This document shows positions 13,277 through 24,180 of a stretch of 64,000 bases of DNA, one piece after another. Positions within the stretch are counted from its first letter, which is position 1. Each line of letters opens with the position of its first letter. This stretch comes from Octopus sinensis (lineage: Eukaryota), in contig NC_043013.1 of the NCBI RefSeq assembly GCF_006345805.1, forward strand, positions 54,498,001 through 54,562,000. Direction: 5' to 3'. Under the pieces are notes generated by a model. The model did not search any database. It saw only the letters and a list, made by a program, of their open reading frames with translations, and was not told the DNA's origin. The position numbers were made by a program, and so were the translations under genes.

Positions 13277-14749
13277 TATTATTATTATTATCAGCAGCAG
13301 CAGCTTGATAATCATTATTATTGTTAGTATTGTGTGGTTAAGGAGTTTGCTTCCCACCCTTGTGGTTTCAAGTTCAGTCTATCATAAGCCTTCTCAGTAG
13401 ATTTCATGGATGGAAACTGAAAGAAGCTTATTGCGCATATACCTGTGTGCGTATGTTTTCTTTTCTTGACAACATAGAATAATTGTAAACAAGTGACACC
13501 ACTATACAAGCAGTGTCCATTGTTCCCAGTGAAAACGCACTCGGTCAGGGGAAAGTTTTACTTTGCTTGGAAACAGCTGATAATTAGCAACTGGAAGGGC
13601 ATTTGGTCAATGAGTATCTGTCTCAACAAATTCCAACTGACTGTGGCAAGCTTGGAAAAGTAGATGTTCAAATAATGAAGATGGATTATCTGAACCAATA
13701 ATGTATTGGATAAAACGTATGTAGTTTTTAAACAAACTGTTTAACTCTTTCGTATCTAAAGTGGCTAAATCCATCAATATAGAGAATGGTGTTCAGATGT
13801 AGAATAAGTGAATAGGTAAATGTTGAGAACTTAATATTAGCTACATTGGCTATTTGTAGTGCTAAATGAATAAGATGGAAGGTTACTAGCCGGAACAATT
13901 TTGATCATCTCTCTACCTACTCACTAGTGGCAGACTTGGGGCTAAACAAAAGACAGCTATATCAGCTTAGTAATATTATTCTAGTAGCCTAAATTGAATG
14001 AATCTAACTGCAGCAGCTCTTTAACTAATCACTCTTCTGGCTTAAAGTAATTTTCTCTTGGTTGCCTCCTTAATTTAGCCTTTGATCTGAGTTTATTTCA
14101 GTTTCCGCAGTAGAAATAATGTTTAGTTTTTTAATGTATAATTGCTATACTGTGTGTGTGTGTGTGTGTGAGGAAGAGAGAGGAATTGGAAGATTGAATT
14201 TATTGCTAGGCTGACTCTTTTACACGGTGCTTAATATGCTTGCTTGATGCTGTTCACCTTTCTAATGCAACACTTTGCTCAGGGGCTATCTTGGATAATT
14301 TTACTATTAATTACCAATTAACCTCATATATGTCATTAGAACCTTCAAGTTCAATAGCAACGATAATTTATAAAAGTCAAAAGGTTTTTATATACATGTG
14401 AAATCAGCACACACACACACACATTACAAATAAAATTAAAATATGTTAAAATTTATTTTTGCTTTTCCCAACGATTTGCTTCCCCTCAAGAGATTTCAAA
14501 TAAAAATATCCACTATTTTAGAATCAGATTCATTACACTGCTTATTCTATATCACTGACAATTTAAAATTCTTTGACTGAAATCAGAGATAAATATTTTA
14601 TTGTATATGGCTGTCAGGAATATGTACCAGATTTTCTGGGAATGGGGCTTGTAGGAAGAATTATTTTCCTGAGTTATTTAAAACTCAGATGTTAGGTTCC
14701 ATATTTTTTTCCACTTTATTTCAACAGTAAAAGAGAGAAAATGATGCAA

Positions 14750-15130
14750 TGGATTTAAAGTGGTGGAACCATTTCTTGAAAATAACTGAGAAATTTCTAG
14801 TGAAGATAATTCAGGATAATGAAGATGGATAAGATACAGTTTGGGTTTGTGCCAGAATGTGGAACCACAGATAACTAGATTTCTAGTAAGACAACTGCAT
14901 GAGAAATGTTAGATAAGAAGTAACAACTCTACATTCCATTAGTTGATATGAAGATGGCATTAGATATTCTGGTTGGTTGTGAGGAATCTAATGGCAGTTG
15001 ATTGGTTCGTGAGACACGTAGAAACTATGTCAACGAAGAACAGCAAGGATAGAGTTATCACGAGATCTGTGAGGAATTTCATCTTAATGCTTACCAGGTT
15101 TCTGTCCAATGATTGTTTCCATTCCTTTTA
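14750..15130 (+). mobile_element. Degenerate RTE LINE reverse-transcriptase fragment
   Basis: Frameshifted IQFGFVPECGTTD / FLVRQLHEK / LYIPLVDMKMALD / EEFHLNAYQVSV, corresponding to RT motifs QFGF.PG.GTTD, F..RQL.EK, FVD.EKAFD and GVHQGSVLSP. Confidence 0.8.
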
Positions 15131-15133
15131 GGC

Positions 15134-15680
15134 CAACAGTTCTTCACCTGGGTTGTAGATTCTTGTAAGCCCACACATTTGTGGGCTCACAAGGCAGCAG
15201 CTACTGGCAAGGAGAATTTGGGGTGGAGTTTTTGCATCTTTTGTGGTGATGGTGGTGGAAGAGTGGGTTTTTAGAAGGTGTTTTTAAACCAGGTATAATA
15301 TTTATATTTTAAGCACATTACAGAGACAAAATCTTTATTAAGATTAGAATGTGAACAGGACATTTTGTTATTAGTGAGCAGAAAACTTGACTGATAATGA
15401 TGTACCAAGTTTGTAATAATTTCCTCCAATAAATTCTCGTATTTGTTAATAATGTTCATAAAAATCTGGGACAAGGAACATTGTAGTCGATGCAAACATC
15501 CAAAAAGTGACTCCATTCTAGACAGGATTGTATACAAAAAATATGCAAAAGTACTTTTTCTTTTTTAATTAAGCAGATTCTGTTTTTTTGTGCACAGCAA
15601 TAAAGGTTGGGGAGAGGACTTTAAAATGTCATTTGGTAAAAGGAGTGGGGCACTGAACTAGGAAGAGTTGAGAACCACTG
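15134..15680 (+). mobile_element. Degenerate hAT (Charlie-like) deletion derivative inserted into an RTE LINE remnant
   Basis: Right end GTTGAGAACCACTG is a canonical hAT TIR; the left TIR is decayed (CAACAGTTCTTCACC). Flanks TTTTAGGC/GCTTAGGT match 5/8. Internal ITETKSLLRLECEQDILLLVS (about 15317-15385) resembles the hAT transposase C-terminal dimerisation region. Confidence 0.4.
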
Positions 15681-15689
15681 GCTTAGGTG

Positions 15690-15835
15690 TTGGTGCCATG
15701 TAATCTTCTGGGTGTTAGAAGAGGTCATAGTGGGACATATCTGCTAGAGTAAAGAAGAAATGGAAGAGTATTGACATGTGAAGAGAAGATTGAATGCAAT
15801 CAGGTAAGAGATGTGATGTTCAGCGAAGTGTGACC
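15690..15835 (+). mobile_element. Continuation of the RTE LINE remnant (post-RT region)
   Basis: SARVKKKWKS resembles ARIR..W.KF; VKRRLNAIR*EM*C resembles RRLERNE..M.RWMC. Confidence 0.45.
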
Positions 15836-16244
15836 CGAGACTGGAAATTCTTTTACTTTGCAGCCATGCAGCTATGGTCATGCTGGAGCACCACCATGGA
15901 AATGTAAATTATCTGCACAGTTTGGCAAGAAATGAGGTAAGCATGTCTCATTAGACAGGTAGCATTAACCCACTGAATATGCGGAGTACAGGCAGGATGA
16001 GTGAGTTATTGGCTGTCAAATAGATTGCCATGTGGTGTGTAGATGGGGGGGGGATTTGGTTTCTATGGACAAGATTAATGCCAAATGGAGAACTGTTGAT
16101 GGAGAGTCTGCGGAAGAAGAAAAGGGAGGAAAGAATGGCAAGATTATATCTCTATGTTGGACCTTACTGATAAGATGACAGAAGACTTTCATAGAATACA
16201 TGAAAACTTAGATGACCATTATTATTATTATGCTTATTATCAAT

Positions 16245-16461
16245 AAGGCAGTGAGCTGGCAGAATCATTAGCAGAATCATTAGCATTCCAGGCAAAATGA
16301 TTTGTGGCTTGTCATCCATTTTTATATTCTGAGTTCAAATTCCTCCAAGTTTGTCTTTACCTTTCAACCTTTCAGGGTCAATCAAATTAATATCTGGGGT
16401 CAATGATATCAATTTATTCCTTCCACTAAAATTACCAGCTTTGTGCCAAAATTTGAAACCA
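16245..16461 (+). mobile_element. SINE family A
   Basis: AAGGCAGTGAGCTGGCAGAATCATTAGC head; GAGTTCAAATTCC; core. Confidence 0.85.
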
Positions 16462-16464
16462 TTA

Positions 16465-16516
<52 letters not shown>

Positions 16517-16517
16517 G

Positions 16518-16732
16518 AAGGCAGCAAGCTTACAGACCCATTAGTATGTTGGATATAATGCTTAACAGTATTTCACCCATCGTTAAATTCTGAATTAAAA
16601 TTCCACCACAGTCAACTTTACCTTTCATCCTTTTGGAGTTGATAAATTAAGTACCAGTGAAACACTGGGATCAGTGTAATCAACTTGTCCTTTCCCCACA
16701 AATTTGAGGCCTAGTGCCTCCAGTAGAAAGGA
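16518..16732 (+). mobile_element. SINE family A
   Basis: Same family; follows an (ATT)n run. Confidence 0.85.
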
Positions 16733-16744
16733 TTATTATTATTA

Positions 16745-17310
16745 TTATTACTTGGGACAAGGTGGTGAAGCATGACCTTTGAACATTGGGCCTCTTCAAG
16801 GCAATGACAAGTGACAGAGACCTTTGGAGATATGCTGTACTTGAGAAGACCCGGAAACCCAAGTGAGATCATAACCGTGGCCTATGTCAGTGCTGCATAA
16901 CCAGCCCATTTAAGGGTACTCTTCAAACATTGGGCAATAATCTCCGCAGGCAAAGACCTGTTGAGGCAAGTGAAATCATTGTCTTGGCTGATGACAGTAC
17001 CACCTGGAATGTTAGAAGCACCATTTGAGCATGATTGTTGACAATGCGCCTGACTGGCTCCTGTGCAGGTGGCATGTAAATAGCACCATTTCAGCATGGT
17101 CAATGCCAGGACTGCCTGATGGGCCCTTGTGTCGGTGGCACATTAAAGCACCCACTACACTTTCAGAGTTGTTGGCATTAGGAAGGTCATCCAGCTGTAG
17201 AAACTTTGCCAGATCAGACTGGAGCCTGGTGCAGCCTTCTGGCTCACCAGCCCTCAGTCAAACCATCCAACCCATGCCAGCATAGAAAGCGGACATTAAA
17301 CGACAACGAC
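16745..17310 (+). mobile_element. 5'-truncated RTE LINE: last ORF2 codons plus full 3' UTR
   Basis: WDKVVKHDL*TLGLFKAMTSDRDLWRYAVLEKTRKPK*, then the UTR with repeated GTGGCAC.TAAA.AGCACC units and the TGGCATTAGGAAGG..CCAACCCATGCCAGCAT..GGACATTAAACGA end. Confidence 0.88.
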
Positions 17311-17322
17311 TACTACTACTAC

Positions 17323-17419
<97 letters not shown>
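17310..17419. repeat. Compound trinucleotide microsatellite (TAC)n(TAT)n(GAT)n
   Basis: Direct inspection; it is the tail of the RTE copy. Confidence 0.95.
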
Positions 17420-18771
17420 TACCAATATTTCTGAAACTGTTAGAGCTTCAATTTTTTCTGATCCTCCTTCTGACATTTTGATGATGATTTATCAAAAACC
17501 ATTTATGAATTGTGGGAGGAATTTAACAAATAATGAAATGTCAAACAGTCAATCGAGGAAGTAAATTCATTGAATCAATAAACTGATGATTTCTCCCATT
17601 GGCAAAAAGGTCTGATTGAATCACTAAAACAACAAATTTTGTTTTTACATCCATTTTGTCCATTCTTGCATATTTTGGGATGGTTTGTGTGTTGCAAGAA
17701 TTGTTTATAAAACTGAATGTCCTTCCGTGTGTTAATTGTTCAACAATGAAATAGGAGCGGTTCAGTGGGGACTCAGGTGCCCTGCTCAGGGGCACGATTC
17801 AGTGTGGGCTGTAAGAGCTGAACCTCCGGTGATGATGTAATTTATAGTTCAGCAACATCTTAACCCCCAATGGCCATTGTGCCTCCCTCTGTGAGGCATC
17901 AGGGGTCAAAGTATTTTCCATCATAGTCTCTGATGGGTTAACCAAATACTTCTGAGAGGAATTTGGAGGAAGGAAATTGTGTGTGTGTATGTGTGTATAT
18001 ATGTGTGTGTGTATGCATATATTTGTATTTCATTGAAAGGCATTGATGAGAAAACCAATAAACCAGTGTATCTAACACAAATACTTTCTAGAGTATTTAT
18101 TCAGCCAAAGTTACACAAACTCTTCTTTATCTCTCTCTCACTCTCAGAAATGCAGTGAATGCCCCACTGGAGACTTAAATCTATTGTTAATAGATATGTG
18201 TTGTAGAATAGAGATTTAAAAAAACGCTTTGTGTGACATGGTAAGTCTAAGTTAGCAGTTATAATAATTGTAAATAAATAGAAATAAAAGACAGTAAGAA
18301 CCCACCAAGAGAGGTTTTAGAAGAAAATGATTGTAAGAAATAAATGGTTTTATGTGCCAAAATTCAGCAGATTTCATAATTTATTCACTGCCGAGTTAAT
18401 AATGAAATTATTCTGAGATATAAGGGTAACTTAACTTTAAATGTTTTTTCAAAGATGCTGCCTTTTCCCAGTTCCTTGGTATGAAACTGATAAGAAAGAA
18501 ATCATCCATTGGATAAGAAACTAGTTTATCACAGATAATCTAGGATGATTTGGTCCCTGTTCCTGGCAAGTGAGGTGGATTAAGGTGACGTAAGGTAAAT
18601 GTAGATGAACTTTACAGGTAGATGAATTGAAACAATGTAATGAAATTTACAGGTGGGTGAATGAAGGTAACATAATATGAAGCGGATACTAGAGATAAGT
18701 CAGTGATGTTAAAGTAAAGCTGAATGAATTTCATGGGTCAGTGAATTAAGGCACTGTAGTATAAAGTTGGA

Positions 18772-18983
18772 TTAACACTTTAAAGTGCAATAAACTAAAC
18801 TGCCATATCCAACCAAGATATTTCACCATTTTTGTGTTCAAATTGGCCAGATCCTGCCTCTCACACCTACCCTACAATGTCATTCTAAGCAGTTACACTG
18901 TTGAAATCTGAAAGCTATGATATAATGCATGATTAATTCAAAACCATTTGAATAAATGAGCGATCTGAATGCTAAAGGGTTAA
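18772..18983. mobile_element. piggyBac-type MITE (TTAA-bounded)
   Basis: Ends CTGAATGCTAAAGGG-TTAA; the left end is a decayed TTAAC(A)CTTT. The interior GGCCAGATCCTGCCTCTCACACCTACCCTACAATGTCATTCT matches a common octopod MITE recalled from memory. Confidence 0.65.
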
Positions 18984-19784
18984 TATGGCAAGTGAGGTAG
19001 ATTAAGCAACCCCCCCCCCGGGACACCTCACTTCCTTCTCTGACTCAAACTTCTTGTTTTGATCTGATCAAAACCTTCCCTCAATTTTTTATGTTATGAT
19101 CCAAATATCAGCTAAATAATGGCAAAGCTGTTTATGCTAAATTCTTTGTTATTTTCAAATTTAATTGAAATAAAAGCCATGTATTTCCACAGAAATACAA
19201 TTAGAAATGGGTCAGTCTAAAGTTCATTGAACACAATGGGTGGATGAATAAATAAAACAACGGAAGGTAAGGTTAACTATTTTTCATGCTTATTTTTAAA
19301 TAACAAAATAAAAACCTCAAACCTGTTATGGATTTGAACTTACAGCATAAGCATTTGTAATACAGTATTTTATCCTCCAGTTCACTTTGCTATATTGCAT
19401 CTGTTAGTGATGGATGTTATTTGATAGCTATTTACAATAAGATTGATTGTGGTACTCTAAGATAAGTCTTCCTCCTCAAAAAACAATACACAGTTACTGT
19501 AAGGATTGAACCTGCAATGGTTCAGTCAGCTACTAAAATTACTGATGATTCAATTTGAGTTTATGCCGGTAGAAAGTTAAACCTAACGAAACTGTTGTTG
19601 CAGAAAGTAGATCATTTAATGATGTTGCTTGTTATTTGCAGTTGTTAATATTTAATTAAACAAACTTTGAAACGAGATATTTACTGGAAACAGACCTTTA
19701 TGGCAACAGTTCTACAAAATTAAATATCTGAAATATTTTCAACAAATCTTCAGGAATTAGATTTTATACAGTTTCCTAAAAAAA

Positions 19785-20060
19785 ATTGGTTGAATTGCTA
19801 TTCTTCAAAATTGGTTATTCTTCAGAAATTACACAAAATTCCATTCTTCTAAAATTGCTTATTCATTATAAATTGGTTAAAATTCTATTCTTCAAAATCT
19901 GTCTAAAATTCTATTCCTTAGAAATTAGTTAAAATTGTTCTTTAAAAATTGGTTATTCTTCAGAAATGACATAAAATTCTGTTCTTAGAAAATTGGTTAT
20001 TCTTTGTAAATTGGTTAAAATTCTATTCTTCAAAGACATGTTAATATTTCATTTTTCAAA
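19785..20060. repeat. Degenerate AT-rich minisatellite
   Basis: Recurring AAATTGGTTATTCTTC / AAAATTCTATTCTTC units. Confidence 0.7.
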
Positions 20061-20334
20061 AATTGATTAAAACTCTTTCTGAATGTGATAGAAATAACAG
20101 GTAAAAGTGGTGCGTAAATGACTGCATTTCACTAAGTTACTAAATCTTCTTTAAATTCCATATTTTGCTGGCAAATTAGATTTCAAAATCACGTAGTTTA
20201 AAAACCTTGTTGAAACCAAAATTTATTACAGAATAATTCTCTTTGCAACATCTTCTCTGTCAAAATGGTAGAATGTTACATTTTATATACAAATATTTGT
20301 AATATTTGTATATTTATAAATAGAGAAAGAGAAG

Positions 20335-20480
20335 TGGGGGCACCTGGCCTGTGGGTAGGGGCATTGGTCTTGCAATCTCAAGGCCATGAGTTTGATTCCA
20401 GGACTGAGTGGAGCTTTGTGTCCTTGAGCAAAGTACTTCATTTCACTTTGTTCCAATCCGCTCAACTGAGAAGGCTTACC
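20335..20480 (+). mobile_element. tRNA-headed CORE-like SINE (third family)
   Basis: GAGTTTGATTCC B-box-like motif and TGTGTCCTTGAGCAAAGTACTTCATTTCAC; related copies at about 17745-17890 (minus) and about 60700-60830. Confidence 0.6.
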
Positions 20481-20596
20481 AACCAGCTGTTGCTGCATCT
20501 CTCTCTCTCTCCCCCACTGGCTTTCACACCCTCAATTAAGTATGGGACAGCCAAAAGTATCTATATGTTCTTGCAACTACATAGGCACCTAAGATA

Positions 20597-20829
20597 TATT
20601 TCTTTACTGCCCACAAGGGGTTAAACATAGAGGGGACAAACAAGGATGGACAAAGGGATTAAGTCGATTACATCGACCCCAGTGTGAAACTGGTACTTAA
20701 TTTATCAACCCCGAAAGGATGAAAAGCAAAGTCGACTTCAGCGGAATTTGAACTCAGAATGTAATGACAGACGAAATACTGCTAAGCATTTCGCCCGACA
20801 CGCTAACGTTACTGCCAGCTAGCCACCCT
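20597..20829 (-). mobile_element. SINE family A variant with an intact 16-bp target-site duplication
   Basis: ATAGGCACCTAAGATA at 20581-20596 and 20830-20845; the body retains many CpGs, consistent with a young copy. Confidence 0.93.
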
Positions 20830-21508
20830 ATAGGCACCTAAGATAATTTACAAGCTGCCAGGCCAATCACAATTAGAACAATGGCTAAATACAGAATGAG
20901 AATGAATAAAAGAAATGTGACTAGAGAGGAAGGATTTATTGTCAGAAATGGAATTATGACTGGATTCTTATTAAACCTGAAATAAAAGACAACAGACAGC
21001 AACTGAGACAACAGTGGACAGAGTTCAACTTGAACTCGCTTCCTCAAGTTTGAATAAGTCGTGTTAATGTGATGTTCTTCTTTCAGCAACTGAACAACAA
21101 ACCATCAGAAACCTTTTAAATTTATATTTTGAAATGTTTTCAAGTTGCATGTTTCTGTGACAAAGTGGGTTGGGTGATTCTATCAATTTCGATGTTTGTT
21201 TGAATTTCTGCAGTTGCAGTAATTTTATTATTAAAAGTTAAGTTCTTTCTTAATTCTTACCACTTAACCATGATGTAGGAGTGGTATCTCAGCAGACATT
21301 TGCAATTACTGTGGCATACCTGGAGGTTATGACCTTTTGAGCAGTAACCCCACCCCCACCCCTGCCACCCTATCCATTCTGAATTTTTAGACCTCTACTA
21401 AAGTTTCTTCAACTTATTTTTAAATTTCTTTAAAGACAGAGCCTCTTTGTAGATGCTTAGTCTTCTAGAAATAGCAGCCAAATCTCCTTCAACGTATACT
21501 CCTCCTTC

Positions 21509-21915
21509 AGGTGCAGACACGGCTACGTGGTTAAGAAATTTGCTTTGCAACTGCCTAGTTTCAGGTTCAGTCCCACTGGACTACACTTTAGGTAAGTGTC
21601 TTCTACAATAGTCCAGGCTGGTCAATGCCTGTTGGGAGAATTTAGTTGACAGATACTGCGTAAAAGACTGTAGCATGTGTGTGTGTGTGTGTATGTGTTA
21701 GAGTGTGTAGATGCACATTCAGAGTTACACAGTTGTGTTTGTGTTTGTTCCAGCATCCCTTGTTTGACACATCTCCATAACTTAGCAGTATAACCAAAGA
21801 GATCAATAAAATATGGACTAGAGATAATAAAAACAAGTACAGGATGAATTTCAATGATTGAACTGCTAAACTCTTTAAAATAGTGCTCCAGTATGGCTAA
21901 GGAAGTAAAAGAATA
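21509..21915 (+). mobile_element. SINE family B, near full length with internal (TG)n
   Basis: Head, GGTTCAGTCCCACTG, internal TG repeat and 3' GTGCTCCAGTATGGC..AAGTAAAAGAATAAA. Confidence 0.8.
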
Positions 21916-23784
21916 AAGCCTTTGAAAAAAAAACAAGTTATGTTGGAAAAGGTGCAATTGTGGATGTTTATGAAAAGGAAAAATCAGACTAGATGGGCAT
22001 AGCTGGAATGCTCTTGATTATGGGCCAATCAAGACTAGCCTAGGGTTAAACAATAACTAGAGACCAAATAAAAATTTTGTTAAAAACAATCCCCCTACCA
22101 AAAAACAAACAAACAAACAAAACAAATGTAAATTAGAGAAAATTAGTTTCTTATTGTGAAAGCAAATTTTATCAGGAAATACGAATTGTTATTGTGAATA
22201 ATGGAGAAATAGGAAAGATAGTGAACATCAAAATATGTAAATTATAGATCTGAAGATTAAAAATAAGGTGTTAAGAGAAGATTGAAAAAGTAATGAGAAA
22301 CAGAATGACATAATAAAAATTGAAATATAATTTGAGAATATTACACACGTTATATAACATATCGTTAAAGGTAGAAGTCCAGGTAAATTTATAGTTAGGA
22401 TTCCAGCACAGGAAAGTTTGAAGAAAAAAGAATTGGAACAATAAAAGAATGCAAATGTAATTATAGAAGACATGAAACATTTGGAATATTATAACTGGAT
22501 ATACCTGATCAGTTGAATAACAACAGAATAATACATCCGATGATTGTGTAAGATGAACATGTGTGTATATTACTTATATATATCAATGGTGAAATATATT
22601 CATCATTATACTTAAGCAGTACTGAAACAAAATTGATGGGTATTATCTTAATCCCCTCGTGGGTATCTCCTTTACAGTTAGAGGCATTCCACTTCGGTCT
22701 CAGTATGGTTGCTTTATAAATATTTGCAAGTGAAACCGTCCCAAAATCCTTCAAGGAAGTGTTGTCTTTTTACTACATGGGATCAGTCTCCAAACCCTGT
22801 CAAATGATAACTTTAAATATCCTACTTCACAACGTAACACGTGTCTTCTACGTTCATATATTTGATATTTACTTGTACACTTGTGCACATACATAATATT
22901 AAATTCTACCCACACACATATATATATGTGTATATACACACATGCACAAGGGGAAGTGAAAAAGCTACATTTTTTTTGTTTGATTTTGTCAATAAATTTT
23001 AATTCTCAAACCTAGAGTAAGAAAACATTTATAATTGGGCCTAATATTGAATATTGATGACAGAATGTCATCTGGCTGTGCCAGTTTGGTGACAGATGGA
23101 CAACTTCTCAATAATTTCCCACTAATAATATTGAATGTTTATTGAAGGTAAAGTAAAGTAGAAATAAACTGGAGAAAGGGTGGGGCTAGAGAGAGGGAGA
23201 GAAAGGGAAGACTGAGGTGTTTGAAGTTGTTACTCATCAAATGAAGAGTTTTATGAAGTTGAAAAACAAACATCAAACCCTTTCTTCCGTTGGATTCTGT
23301 AACATCTCTCAGCCCTCACCCATTTCCTACACTTTCAATCCTGTTTTTGCCTCTGTGCCTTTGAAAATGCTCAATTCATATATTTTGAATTAAACATCTT
23401 TGCAAAAATTCTTTAAGAAAATTCATTAAACTTTATTCATTAAACTTTATTCACTGTTGCTGTTGTTGTTTTAATAGTGTCTGTTGATCATATTTTAAGT
23501 ATTTTGTTGTTTCTATTATTTAGGATATTATTGTTAGTGGGTGTAAATGTAGAGGTTGGGGTAGTGAGAGTGAGGGATGGGGCAGCAAGAGTAGGAGTGG
23601 GGCAGTGGGTGTAGGGGGTTGGGTGGGGGGGCAGTAAACGTTCCTGCTGAAAATGCTTCTTTATAAAGCAGAAGTTGTTTGAAGGCTTATTTTTCTAATT
23701 TTAATTGTTTACCTCTTTTAATTAATAATTTGTGGACTGGTTTTTCTCTGTGAAACGAAACCAATGGAAAAGGATTCTTGCTAC

Positions 23785-23925
23785 TGCTCAACTGGTACTT
23801 ATTTTATCAATCCTGAAAAGGTGACAAACAAAGTTGCCCTCAGTGGGATTTGAACTCACAACATAAAGATGGATGAAATACTCCTAAACATTTTGCCCAG
23901 CATGCTAACAGTTCTGCCAACTCGT
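23785..23925 (-). mobile_element. SINE family A (partial)
   Basis: ACTGGTACTTATTTTATCAA..GATTTGAACTCA..TTCTGCCAACTC. Confidence 0.75.
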
Positions 23926-23967
23926 GACACTAACAACATCAACAGCAATAAGAATAATACTTAAGAA

Positions 23968-24180
23968 TGGTTTCAAACTTTGCCACAAGGGCAGCAATTT
24001 CTGGGAAGGAGGGATGAGACACATCGACCCCAGTGTTCAACTGGTACTTATTTTATGGACCCCAAAAGATGAAAGGCAAAGTTGACCATGGCAGAATTTG
24101 AACCCAGAGCATAATGATGGGTGAAATGCCACTAAGCATTTTGCCTAGCATGCTAACGATTCTGCCAGCTCACCACCTTA
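23968..24180 (-). mobile_element. SINE family A
   Basis: Full head, core and tail on the minus strand. Confidence 0.88.

Noticed and set aside
15090-15215. Minus-strand GTAAGC and GTGAAG donors with an upstream acceptor
   Set aside because: They lie inside LINE and hAT remnants, and the long frames contain stops.
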